A stretch of 32,219 nt of DNA, from assembly GCA_964637745.1 (NCBI GenBank), contig CAZWYB010000004.1:1-32219 (forward strand), given 5' to 3'. The notes below the pieces were generated by a model. That model ran no database searches. It was given only the letters and a program-made list of their open reading frames with translations, and was not told where the DNA came from. This stretch comes from an uncultured Pseudomonadota bacterium. GTDB taxonomy: Bacteria > UBA10199 > JACPAL01 > GCA-016699445. Each line of letters starts with the position of its first letter. The stretch's first letter is position 1. Positions 1 through 8,069 of this stretch are shown one piece after another. The position numbers and the translations under genes were made by a program.

Positions 1-32
1 CGGATGACTATTTCCTCCAAGCTCACGACGCC

Positions 33-938
33 ATGGACATGAAACACGTCAGCGGGGGGAAAGGCCCCGGCGGCGGACCTGGTGGAGGCGGAATCGGTGG
101 TGGTGGGGGCGGTGGTGGTGGTGGTGGCGGCGGCGGAGGTGGTGGTGGAGGTGGCGGTGGTGGCGGTGGTGGAGGCGGCGGTGGTGGCGGCGGAGGTGGT
201 GGTGGCGGCGGCGGTCAGTGCGAATTCTGGAGGACCCAACAGGCCACCATCTGCAAGGGAAGTTCCCGGACGTTCCTCGCGACGATCGGAGGGTTTGCCC
301 CGGCCAGCGTGACGGCCACCTCCAGCGATCCCTCGGTTGCGGATGTCTCGGTGAACGAAGCGAACGTGACCGTGACCGGCGAGAGTGAAGGCTCGACGTC
401 GATCAGCGTCACCGTCGTCGACGACGAGGGCTGCATCTATCATGTAACAATCCTCGTGACCGTCAAGAAATGCGGCGGTCCGAAACCGAAGATCCAGTGT
501 TGTTCGCCGGCCGAGATCGCCAAGGATCCGTCCCAATGCGAGAACTGCCACGTGGTCGGCTGGCAGATCTATGACAACGAAACGCCCGCAGGCGGCGGGG
601 ACTCCGTGAACGGAGGCATCGAACCGACCGGATCTTACGGCAACACCGATGCGAATAATCCCACCAAGAGTACGGCGGTGGGTGTGGGCAATACGGTGAA
701 GATCGTCGTCAACTATTACCAATGCGATCCGTGCGACGACGAGGCGGATGATTGCGACGGAGACGGCATTCCGGACGAACAGGACTGGTTCCCCAACGAG
801 GCCTACGACATGTCGCATCCGCATGACTTCGACGAGGAGCTCTACGTGGACAGCTACTTCGACTCCTTCTTCGACAGTAACAATGACCACGAGATCGTCG
901 ATCCGACAGACCTGACGAATCCGGGGATGTTACAGTAG
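33..938 (+). CDS. Surface/secreted-type protein: polyglycine tract, Big_2-like Ig domain, Cys-rich region, TSP3-like acidic Ca-binding motif (5' end possibly outside window)
   Basis: ORF 33..938. The frame stays open upstream to nt 3 and no Shine-Dalgarno precedes ATG33, so the true start may lie off-window. aa 8-61 are 50/54 Gly. SSDPSVADVSVNEANVTVTGESEGSTSISVTVVD resembles bacterial Ig-like group 2 domains. DDCDGDGIPDEQD fits the DxDxDGxxDxxD thrombospondin type-3-like motif. 11 Cys and an acidic C-terminus. Confidence 0.7.
   Translation: MDMKHVSGGKGPGGGPGGGGIGGGGGGGGGGGGGGGGGGGGGGGGGGGGGGGGGGGGGGGGQCEFWRTQQATICKGSSRTFLATIGGFAPASVTATSSDPSVADVSVNEANVTVTGESEGSTSISVTVVDDEGCIYHVTILVTVKKCGGPKPKIQCCSPAEIAKDPSQCENCHVVGWQIYDNETPAGGGDSVNGGIEPTGSYGNTDANNPTKSTAVGVGNTVKIVVNYYQCDPCDDEADDCDGDGIPDEQDWFPNEAYDMSHPHDFDEELYVDSYFDSFFDSNNDHEIVDPTDLTNPGMLQ
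54..215 (+). repeat. Imperfect (GGN)n triplet microsatellite encoding polyglycine
   Basis: nt 96-215 are 40 consecutive GGT/GGC/GGA/GGG codons in the frame of ORF 33..938. nt 54-95 are Gly-rich with K, P, P and I interruptions. Confidence 0.95.
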
Positions 939-977
939 TGTTCAAAAGCCGGGAGATCCGGTATAAAGGGAAAGACC

Positions 978-2339
978 ATGACAAGGACGGGACTAAGACG
1001 ATGGCTGGGCAGGGCGATGGGGGCGATCCTCATCGCCCTGCCCCTTTTTCTTCAGGCCTGCGGCGGCAGCGCAAGTGGAGCCCCTCCGGTCTCGATCCCG
1101 GCCCCGTCACCGGCGAGACTGAGGGTCACCTCTCCTAGCCAAGACGGACTCGTCACCGTCACGGGTTCCTCTGGAGCGGTTGCGGGAGGGAACACGGTGC
1201 GGGTCACCGACATCGGCGTCACAGGGGCCACGCCTCTGCATGCGGTCTTGGATGTATTGACTGATGCGCTGATTCCACCCGCCGAGGCTCAAGCGACCGG
1301 TTTCGTGGAAGTCACCGCCGCGGCGGACGGGTCCTTTACCCTTCAGATCAAGGCGAAGATCGGCGACACCCTGTCCGTCGTTCAGATCGACCCCGTCAAC
1401 GGCGCCCAAAGCCCGGCGACTCAGTTGGTCGTGCCGGCGAACTCCCCGCCCCTCGGCTTCTCGCCGGCGGCTGTCACCGTCGACGGCGCCGGCATGGGCT
1501 ATGCGGTCGGAAGCCAAGGCGGGTCGGGCATCGTCGCCGTCATTAATCTGGAACTGAATTCCGTCGTCGGCACCTTCAACATCGCGGCGAATAACCCAAA
1601 TGCGGTGGATTTCAATCCGGCCAACAACAAGCTCATCATCGCCGATCAGACGAACAACGAAGTCCTCTTCGTGGACCCTTCGACGCCCCTCGCTCAGAAT
1701 TCGATCCCCGTCACGGGACCCCAAAGCGTGGCCGTCGATACGCTCACGAATCGGGCCGTTGTCGGAACGACCAATGCGACCCAGTCCTTCGTCTTGATCA
1801 ATCTCGCCACGGAATCGATCCTGACGACCGATCCGATCACCAACGCCTCGAATCCCGGCGCGACCTACCTCGGAAGCCCGGCGGTCGACGCCGCCAACGG
1901 TCGGGCCGTGGTCGTCTCCAATTTTTCGGACGGATCATCCCAGATTGCGGCGGTCGATCTGACCGTTCCGGCCTTCACGCATTTCGAGGTCGTTCCCGAC
2001 AGCAACCTGCGAGGCGCAGCCGTCCTGAATACCAACCAGGCCCTCGCCTCCGACGCCGGAAACAACCGAATCCTCTTCGCCGACCTGACCGGGGCGGTAT
2101 CGGTATCGGGCCTTGCGGTCGGGACCAATCCCCGCGGGGTCGCGGTCAACGGGGCCGGTACGGTCGCCTTTGTCGCCAATCAAGACGACCACACCATCTC
2201 GGTAATCGACATCGCCAGCCGAAGCGTGTCGTCGACTCAGGACGCCGGTATCAATCCGCTCGGGGTCTCGCATTTCGACCTGGGCAACCTAACTGTGATC
2301 GCGAACAGCGGGAACGACTCGGTCACGATCCTTCATTAA
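978..2339 (+). CDS. Lipoprotein with N-terminal Ig-like region and YVTN-type beta-propeller repeats
   Basis: Signal peptide plus lipobox (ALPLFLQAC, Cys28). Repeated segments such as GTNPRGVAVNGAGTVAFVANQDDHTISVIDIASRS and NNKLIIADQTNNEVLFVD are typical of YVTN/YncE-like propeller blades. Confidence 0.85.
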   Translation: MTRTGLRRWLGRAMGAILIALPLFLQACGGSASGAPPVSIPAPSPARLRVTSPSQDGLVTVTGSSGAVAGGNTVRVTDIGVTGATPLHAVLDVLTDALIPPAEAQATGFVEVTAAADGSFTLQIKAKIGDTLSVVQIDPVNGAQSPATQLVVPANSPPLGFSPAAVTVDGAGMGYAVGSQGGSGIVAVINLELNSVVGTFNIAANNPNAVDFNPANNKLIIADQTNNEVLFVDPSTPLAQNSIPVTGPQSVAVDTLTNRAVVGTTNATQSFVLINLATESILTTDPITNASNPGATYLGSPAVDAANGRAVVVSNFSDGSSQIAAVDLTVPAFTHFEVVPDSNLRGAAVLNTNQALASDAGNNRILFADLTGAVSVSGLAVGTNPRGVAVNGAGTVAFVANQDDHTISVIDIASRSVSSTQDAGINPLGVSHFDLGNLTVIANSGNDSVTILH

Positions 2340-3415
2340 GGGGAACGGGGGCCTCCCTTGAGAATCCTCTGAAGAGATTCCAGAAACGCGCGGTTTTCGT
2401 CGGGGGTCCCGATGGTGACGCGCAAGGCGTCGGGCAGGCGCTTGGCGGTGACGTTCCGGATCAGGATCTCGTTTTTCGCAAGGGCTTCGAAGATCTCCTT
2501 CGATCGCGGCGATTGAAAGAGCACGTAGTTGGCATGAGAGGAATGGACCTTGAGCCCCGGCAAGGCCTTCAACCCCTGATAGACGAATTCGCGCTCGCCC
2601 AACATCTGATTCACCAATCGCCCGACGTATGCGTCTTCCTCCAGCACCACCTCCCCCACGATCTGCGACAAAAGGCTGACATGAAACGGGAGGACGACCT
2701 TCATCACCTCCGAGGCGACTTCGGGCGAGGACAACATGTAACCTAAACGAACGCCTCCCAGTGAAAAGGCCTTGGAGAGGGTTCGGATGAGGACCAGGTG
2801 AGTAAATTTTTTCAAATGACCGGCCAGGGTAAAACCGGAAAACGGATAGTAGGCCTCGTCGACCACCACCAGGGCCCCGATCTTGTCGGCAGTTTTCAGG
2901 ACGGCCAGGAGATCATCTTCGCAGATGAGGTTGCCGGTCGGAGCGTTCGGATTGGCGAGGAAGACGACGTTCGGCTTCGTCTTTCGCAGACTTTTTAGAA
3001 AGGCGTCTCGCGGAAACGAGAAGTCGTCCGAACGGAGCGGGATTTGAACCACGCGGTTTCCCAAGAGGCTTCCTTCGATTTCATAAAGGGAGAAGCTGGG
3101 CGTGAGGGTCAGGATCTTGGCCTTGACGGAGGTTGCGACAACAATCGCCTGAATCAGGATGTTGGAGCCGGCGGATACAATGACGCCCTGAGGGTCCCAA
3201 CACTCCCTTTCGGCAATCTTTTTCCTGAGGGGTTCGCAAAACGGGGTCGGATAGCGGTTCCAGTCGGCGGCCTTCATCCGCTCCAGGGCCTTTTTCTTGA
3301 GGGGGTCCGGGAGGTCATAGGGGGATTCGTTCTGGTTCAACTTGATCGTCCCATACTGATGCTCCAGCCGGTATCCTTTGAGCTTTTTGACTTCTTTGCG
3401 TATGGGGAGAACCAT
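2336..3415 (-). CDS. hisC: Histidinol-phosphate aminotransferase
   Basis: KLNQNESPYDLP near the N-terminus, ANPNAPTG, the PLP-lysine context LSKAFSLGGVRLGY and RVTIGTPDEN, at about 359 aa. GAGG lies 6 nt upstream of ATG3415. Confidence 0.9.
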   Translation of the reverse strand: MVLPIRKEVKKLKGYRLEHQYGTIKLNQNESPYDLPDPLKKKALERMKAADWNRYPTPFCEPLRKKIAERECWDPQGVIVSAGSNILIQAIVVATSVKAKILTLTPSFSLYEIEGSLLGNRVVQIPLRSDDFSFPRDAFLKSLRKTKPNVVFLANPNAPTGNLICEDDLLAVLKTADKIGALVVVDEAYYPFSGFTLAGHLKKFTHLVLIRTLSKAFSLGGVRLGYMLSSPEVASEVMKVVLPFHVSLLSQIVGEVVLEEDAYVGRLVNQMLGEREFVYQGLKALPGLKVHSSHANYVLFQSPRSKEIFEALAKNEILIRNVTAKRLPDALRVTIGTPDENRAFLESLQRILKGGPRSP

Positions 3416-3470
3416 TCACGACCTCTAGGGAAAGATGCTTGAAAGATCAATTGAATTCCGGGGAAATCGC

Positions 3471-3499
3471 TTGACACCCCATACCCCCTCCATTAACTT
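3471..3499 (+). promoter_or_regulatory. Possible sigma-70 promoter for rplM-rpsI
   Basis: Exact TTGACA at 3471-3476, followed 16-17 nt later by a weak -10 (TTAACT/TAACTT). It lies in the hisC/rplM divergent intergenic region. Confidence 0.3.
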
Positions 3500-3524
3500 A
3501 ACGCCCCTTACGATGGCGGAGACG

Positions 3525-3956
3525 ATGCAGAAAAGTACCTTGGTTAAAAAGGAGTCGGCGACGCGGAATTGGGTGCTGGTGGACCTGGACGGAAAGATCC
3601 TCGGACGGGCCGCAACCCGCATCGCGGATCTGCTTCGGGGCAAGACGAAGAGCAACTTCACGCCCCACATCGACATGGGCGACTTCGTCGTCGCCATCAA
3701 CGCCTCCAAGATCCGGCTGACCGGCAACAAACTGAAGGATAAGATCTACTATAAACACACGGGTTTTCGGGGCGGCCTGAAAGAAACGACGGCCGAGAAA
3801 ATGTTGCTGAAGAATCCCCAAGCCATGATCATCAAAGCGGTGAAGGGCATGCTTCCGAAAAATCGTCTCCAAAATCATTTGATGAAAAAGCTGAAGGTGT
3901 ATGCGGCGGCCGAACATCCGCATGCCGCTCAACAACCCAAGACCATCGAGATATAA
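3525..3956 (+). CDS. rplM: 50S ribosomal protein L13
   Basis: [40 protein letters not shown]...[17 protein letters not shown] aligns by eye with L13 over its full length (143 aa from ATG3525). ATG3513 and the track start 3435 would give N-terminal extensions not seen in L13. Confidence 0.9.
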   Translation: MQKSTLVKKESATRNWVLVDLDGKILGRAATRIADLLRGKTKSNFTPHIDMGDFVVAINASKIRLTGNKLKDKIYYKHTGFRGGLKETTAEKMLLKNPQAMIIKAVKGMLPKNRLQNHLMKKLKVYAAAEHPHAAQQPKTIEI

Positions 3957-3959
3957 TTT

Positions 3960-4364
3960 ATGACTGCAGCCAAGACAGCCAAGCGCCTGACATCGATCGG
4001 AAAACGCAAAACCTCCATCGCCCGGATCTTCCTGACTCCGGGAGAGGGAAAGATCCTCGTCAACGAGCGGGATTTCCCCGAATATTTCGGACGGGAGGCC
4101 TTGCGGTTCATCGTTCAGCAGCCCTTTGAGGTCACCAACACGGTCGGCAAATTCAACGTTGAGGCGAACCTCTTCGGGGGCGGACCGGCCGGACAGGCGG
4201 ACGCCCTCAAGTGCGCCATCGCCAAGGCCCTGCTTCAGGTGAGCCCGGATCACCGAAAGCCTTTAAAGGTGGCGGGCCTTCTGACGCGGGACGATCGGAT
4301 CGTCGAAAGAAAGAAGTACGGCCGTCACGGCGCTCGCAAGCGTCCGCAGTACTCCAAACGTTAG
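3960..4364 (+). CDS. rpsI: 30S ribosomal protein S9
   Basis: Starts 3 nt after the rplM stop. Classic S9 C-terminus RKKYGRHGARKRPQYSKR and GGGPAGQADA motif. Confidence 0.95.
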   Translation: MTAAKTAKRLTSIGKRKTSIARIFLTPGEGKILVNERDFPEYFGREALRFIVQQPFEVTNTVGKFNVEANLFGGGPAGQADALKCAIAKALLQVSPDHRKPLKVAGLLTRDDRIVERKKYGRHGARKRPQYSKR

Positions 4365-4409
4365 TTTCACAGCAAACGCAGGAAGGTTCCCTTCCGAAGT
4401 GAGCGATCC

Positions 4410-5501
4410 ATGAATCAGAGATCAGATGAGGGGTTTGGGGGGAGAGCGGTATCTTCCCCCAAAATCAAAGTCGCTGTCGTAGGGGCCACGGGTTACACCG
4501 GAATGGAGCTTCTGAGACTCCTCCTTCTCCATCCGAATGTCCAAGTGGTCCTAGCGACATCGGAAAAATTCGCCGGGAAGAGGTTGAACGAAACCTTTCC
4601 CTTTTTAAAGGGAAAGACCGATCTCGTTTTGGAAACGCTCGCCGACGAGCGGGTTCAAAAATGCGCCCTCGCCTTTTCCTGTCTTCCCCACAAAAGCGCC
4701 ATGAATCACGTGGCGAGCTGGGTCGAGAAAGGCACGAAGGTCGTGGATCTCTCCGCCGACTTCCGTTTTCGGTCGGCGTCCACCTACGAGCAATGGTACG
4801 CGGACACAAAACACACGCATCCCGAACTTTTGCAAGAAGCCGTGTACGGCCTTCCGGAACTTCATCGCGAGGAGATCAAAAAGACCTTTCTCGTGGGAAA
4901 CCCCGGCTGCTACCCGACGGGGACCATCCTGGCCTTAGCCCCTCTCTTGAAGGAACGGCTGATCGGTTCCGATGGGATCGTCGTCGACGCCAAGTCGGGC
5001 GTGACCGGCGCCGGGCGGAGTGCGATTTTGGAATCTCTCTTCTCCGAAGTCAACGAATCCGTTCACGCTTATAAGATCGGAAAGCACCGTCACACGCCAG
5101 AGATCGAACAAGAGCTTTCCGCCGTAGCGGGACACCCCGTAGTGATCTCGTTCACGCCCCATCTCATCCCGATGGACCGAGGCATCCTTTCGACCGTCTA
5201 CGCCCGTTCCCTCAAGAAAACCGACACGGCGACGGTTCTGAAGACGCTTACGAACTTTTACCAGAAAGAACCTTTCGTCAGGATCCTGCCGGAGGGAGTT
5301 CTGCCCAAAACGAAAGACGTCCGGGGCACCAACGTCTGCGAAATAGGCGCCGTCTATGACGGCCGCACCGAGCGGATCGTCGCGGTCGCGGCGATCGATA
5401 ATTTGATGAAGGGCGCGGCCTCTCAAGCCGTCCAGAACATGAATCTCATGTCCGGCCTGCCCGAAACGACGGGCCTGGAAGCGCTCCCCCTCGTTCCGTA
5501 A
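4410..5501 (+). CDS. argC: N-acetyl-gamma-glutamyl-phosphate reductase
   Basis: KVAVVGATGYTGMELLRLL Rossmann N-terminus and catalytic GNPGCYPTG motif. The first ~17 aa (MNQRSDEGFGGRAVSSP) are an unusual extension encoded by a repeat element. No alternative in-frame ATG/GTG/TTG lies between 4410 and the conserved KIKVAVVG. Confidence 0.9.
   Translation: MNQRSDEGFGGRAVSSPKIKVAVVGATGYTGMELLRLLLLHPNVQVVLATSEKFAGKRLNETFPFLKGKTDLVLETLADERVQKCALAFSCLPHKSAMNHVASWVEKGTKVVDLSADFRFRSASTYEQWYADTKHTHPELLQEAVYGLPELHREEIKKTFLVGNPGCYPTGTILALAPLLKERLIGSDGIVVDAKSGVTGAGRSAILESLFSEVNESVHAYKIGKHRHTPEIEQELSAVAGHPVVISFTPHLIPMDRGILSTVYARSLKKTDTATVLKTLTNFYQKEPFVRILPEGVLPKTKDVRGTNVCEIGAVYDGRTERIVAVAAIDNLMKGAASQAVQNMNLMSGLPETTGLEALPLVP
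4423..4460 (+). repeat. 38-nt GC-rich repeat element, copy A (in-frame at argC 5' end)
   Basis: CAGATGAGGGGTTTGGGGGGAGAGCGGTATCTTCCCCC is 34/38 identical to the reverse complement of 15275..15312 inside polA. G6...C5-6 arms can form a hairpin. Confidence 0.85.
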
Positions 5502-6972
5502 AATAATTCCGGATCGCCTCCACCAAGGATCCCATCGAGGCGCTTTTTGCCTGAACCACGACGTTGAATCCCAGACTCCTAGCCGTTTTCGCCGTCACCG
5601 GCCCGATGCAGGCGGCGGGGATGTCGCGGCGCCCGGAGAGTTTGGCGAAATTCTCCGCCGTCGCGGAGCTGGCGAAGGTCACGAGATCCATGTTGTCCAG
5701 GGGGACTAAAGCGGATCGAGGCACCGCATTCCGATAGGCCTCCACCAAATCCACTCGGGCCCCCAACGATTTCAAACCGTCGATCAAAATCTCCCGCCCT
5801 TCCTGGGCTCGGCAGAAAAGCACACGACGGCGTTTCAGCCCCTTCCCTTTCAAAACCCGGAGAAGCCCTTCGGAACGAAATTCTTTAGCGACGGCATCGA
5901 CGCGAAGCCCTTGCCCTTCGACGGCTCTTGCGGTCGCCGGCCCCACGCAGGCGATACGCGCGCCCTCCAAAGCCCTCACATCCTTCTTCCTTTTTCTGAG
6001 CCTTTCAAAAAAGAATCGGACGCCGTTGGCGCTGGTGAAAAGGATCCAGTCGTAACGCGAGAGATTTCCGATCGCCCGATCCATTCCACGCCAATGGGAC
6101 GGCGGGCGGATTTCGATCGTCGGCATCTCCACGGCCTCCGCTCCGAGATCCGTGAGCCGGAGGGCCAGATCACTCGCCTGTTCGCGGGAGCGAGTGACGA
6201 GAATCCTTTTACCGAAAAGCGGTTTCGTTTCGAACCAGTCGATCTTGCCCCTCAACGCGGCCACGCGGCCGATGACGACGATGGTCGGCGGACGGATGCC
6301 GGCCTCTGTCATCGCGGCGACGATCGTCTCCAAGGTCCCCGACGCGGTTTTCTGACGCGGCGTCGTCCCCCACTGGATGACGGCGGCCGGTGTTTCGGCC
6401 GAAAGTCCGGCCTCGCGGAGTTTTTCGACGATATGAGGAAGATTCGCGTAGGCCATCAGAAAGACCAGGCTCCCCACTTTCGAAAGGACCTTCCAATCCG
6501 GAGGCGAGGCCCCTTCTTCGTCCTTCTCATGACCCGTGACGAAGGCGACCGTCGAAGAAAAATCACGATGGGTGATGGGAATGCCCGCATACGCGGGAAC
6601 CGCGATGGCCGAGGTCACTCCCGGAACCACTTCATAAGCGATGCCGGCCTCGACCAGGGCCTCGGCCTCTTCGCCTCCGCGCCCGAAGACGAAGGGGTCC
6701 CCCCCTTTCAGGCGGACCACCGTCCGTCCCCGTTTCGCTTCGGCGATCAGCAGGGCGTTGATCTCCTCCTGCTCCCGACTGTGCGTCGCGCCTCTTTTGC
6801 CGACGTAGATTTTTTTTGATTTCACGGGGGCCGAATCCAAAAGGACCGGATTGGCGAGGTAGTCGTAGACGACGACGTCCGCCTTTTTGAGGCACTCGAC
6901 GCCCTTAACCGTGATCAGCCCCGGATCTCCGGGACCGGCGCCGACCAAATAAATGATGCCTCTCTTCGCCAT
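5446..6972 (-). CDS. cobA: Bifunctional uroporphyrinogen-III C-methyltransferase / uroporphyrinogen-III synthase (CobA-HemD fusion)
   Basis: N-terminal half has GAGPGDPGLITVKG and the tetrapyrrole methylase signature. The C-terminal ~250 aa is HemD-like (ILVTRSREQA..., ILFTSANGV). The start ATG6972 is preceded by GGGTGAGGA. Confidence 0.9.
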   Translation of the reverse strand: MAKRGIIYLVGAGPGDPGLITVKGVECLKKADVVVYDYLANPVLLDSAPVKSKKIYVGKRGATHSREQEEINALLIAEAKRGRTVVRLKGGDPFVFGRGGEEAEALVEAGIAYEVVPGVTSAIAVPAYAGIPITHRDFSSTVAFVTGHEKDEEGASPPDWKVLSKVGSLVFLMAYANLPHIVEKLREAGLSAETPAAVIQWGTTPRQKTASGTLETIVAAMTEAGIRPPTIVVIGRVAALRGKIDWFETKPLFGKRILVTRSREQASDLALRLTDLGAEAVEMPTIEIRPPSHWRGMDRAIGNLSRYDWILFTSANGVRFFFERLRKRKKDVRALEGARIACVGPATARAVEGQGLRVDAVAKEFRSEGLLRVLKGKGLKRRRVLFCRAQEGREILIDGLKSLGARVDLVEAYRNAVPRSALVPLDNMDLVTFASSATAENFAKLSGRRDIPAACIGPVTAKTARSLGFNVVVQAKSASMGSLVEAIRNYFTERGGALPGPSFRAGRT

Positions 6973-6980
6973 TTTCTGGT

Positions 6981-7039
6981 CCTCACCCCCAGCCCCTCTC
7001 CTGAATGATTCAGGAGAGGGGTGCCGAAGGCGGGTGAGG
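6981..7039 (-). repeat. Compound palindromic (REP-like) element filling the hemC-cobA/hemD intergenic region
   Basis: Perfect 13-bp inner stem 6993-7005 / 7009-7021 (CCCCTCTCCTGAA tga TTCAGGAGAGGGG). Perfect 8-bp outer stem 6981-6988 (CCTCACCC) / 7032-7039 (GGGTGAGG). Confidence 0.9.
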
Positions 7040-7969
7040 TTACTTTGATTTACTGGCCCTCAACATCTCCCGCGCACCGTGACCCAGCAGGATTTTCGCC
7101 AACTGGTCTCCCAGTAAAGCGGCCTCGCGGATATTGCCTTCAATGCGGTCGCGAATCAGCTCCCTCCCGTCGGGGGTCGCCACCATGCCGGTCAGCTTCA
7201 TCGTCTGGCCATTGACCTCCGCGAAGGCCGCGATGGGCGCCTGACAGTCACCCTCCAAGGATTTAAGGAACGTCCGTTCGGCCTGAAGACAGATGTTGGT
7301 TTCGATATCGTTGGTGAAATCAATCAGACGCCGCGTCCGATCGTCCCCCTCCCTCAACTCCAACCCGATCGCCCCCTGACCGACGGCCGGGAGCATGAGG
7401 GTCGTCGGCAGATATTCGGTGATCTTTGCAGACAGACCCAAACGGATCAGACCGGCCGCCGCAAGGATCATGGCATCCAGACCGGCACTCAGTTTTCTCA
7501 AACGCGTCTCGACATTGCCCCGGACGGGCAGGACCTGAAAATCAGGCCGAAAATTTCGAAGTTGGGCCTGGCGTCGGAGGGAGCCCGTCCCTACCTTGGC
7601 CTTCTTGGGCAGATGCAACAGCGAATCGAACTTTTTGGAAAGGAAGACGTCCCTGGGATCTTCCCTTTTCAGGATCGGGCCGATCACAAGCCCTCGAGGG
7701 AGAACTACCGGGACGTCCTTCATACTGTGAACGCCGACATCAATAATCTTGGAAAGGAGAGCGTCCTCGATTTCCTTTAAAAACAAAGCCTTACCGCCGA
7801 TTTCCGCAAGGGGAACCTTCTTAACCTTATCCCCCGTCGTCTTGATCACCTTGATGGTGACGGCAAGATCCTTATTATTTTCCTCCAGGGTCTTCTTAAC
7901 GAAGTTCGCCTGCCACAAGGCTAGGGGGCTTCCCCGTGTCCCGAGTACCAGGCGTTTCTTCTCTGCCAT
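7040..7969 (-). CDS. hemC: Hydroxymethylbilane synthase (porphobilinogen deaminase)
   Basis: MAEKKRLVLGTRGSPLALWQA is the canonical HemC N-terminus. GGAG lies upstream of ATG7969. The track ORF extends to 8080, but that extension overlaps the rlmI start and has no homology logic. Confidence 0.9.
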   Translation of the reverse strand: MAEKKRLVLGTRGSPLALWQANFVKKTLEENNKDLAVTIKVIKTTGDKVKKVPLAEIGGKALFLKEIEDALLSKIIDVGVHSMKDVPVVLPRGLVIGPILKREDPRDVFLSKKFDSLLHLPKKAKVGTGSLRRQAQLRNFRPDFQVLPVRGNVETRLRKLSAGLDAMILAAAGLIRLGLSAKITEYLPTTLMLPAVGQGAIGLELREGDDRTRRLIDFTNDIETNICLQAERTFLKSLEGDCQAPIAAFAEVNGQTMKLTGMVATPDGRELIRDRIEGNIREAALLGDQLAKILLGHGAREMLRASKSK

Positions 7970-8069
7970 CGTGAGCTCCGCTAGGAAAAAAGTAACACAG
8001 AAGTGAGCTAAGTCAAGGAAAGGATTCAGAAATCTTGACTCCCGCCCAATTGGAAAGTAGGACTCACTC

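Noticed and set aside
82-436. ORFs 82..312(+) and 215..436(-) across the GGN repeat
   Set aside because: These are alternative-frame or antisense readings of the triplet repeat (poly-Val/Ala/Glu) with no independent support. The Big_2-containing frame is the coherent one.
4381-4395. GGAAGG-ttc-CCTTCC hairpin after rpsI as a terminator
   Set aside because: The stem is only 6 bp with no downstream U-run. argC follows 15 nt later and is probably co-transcribed.
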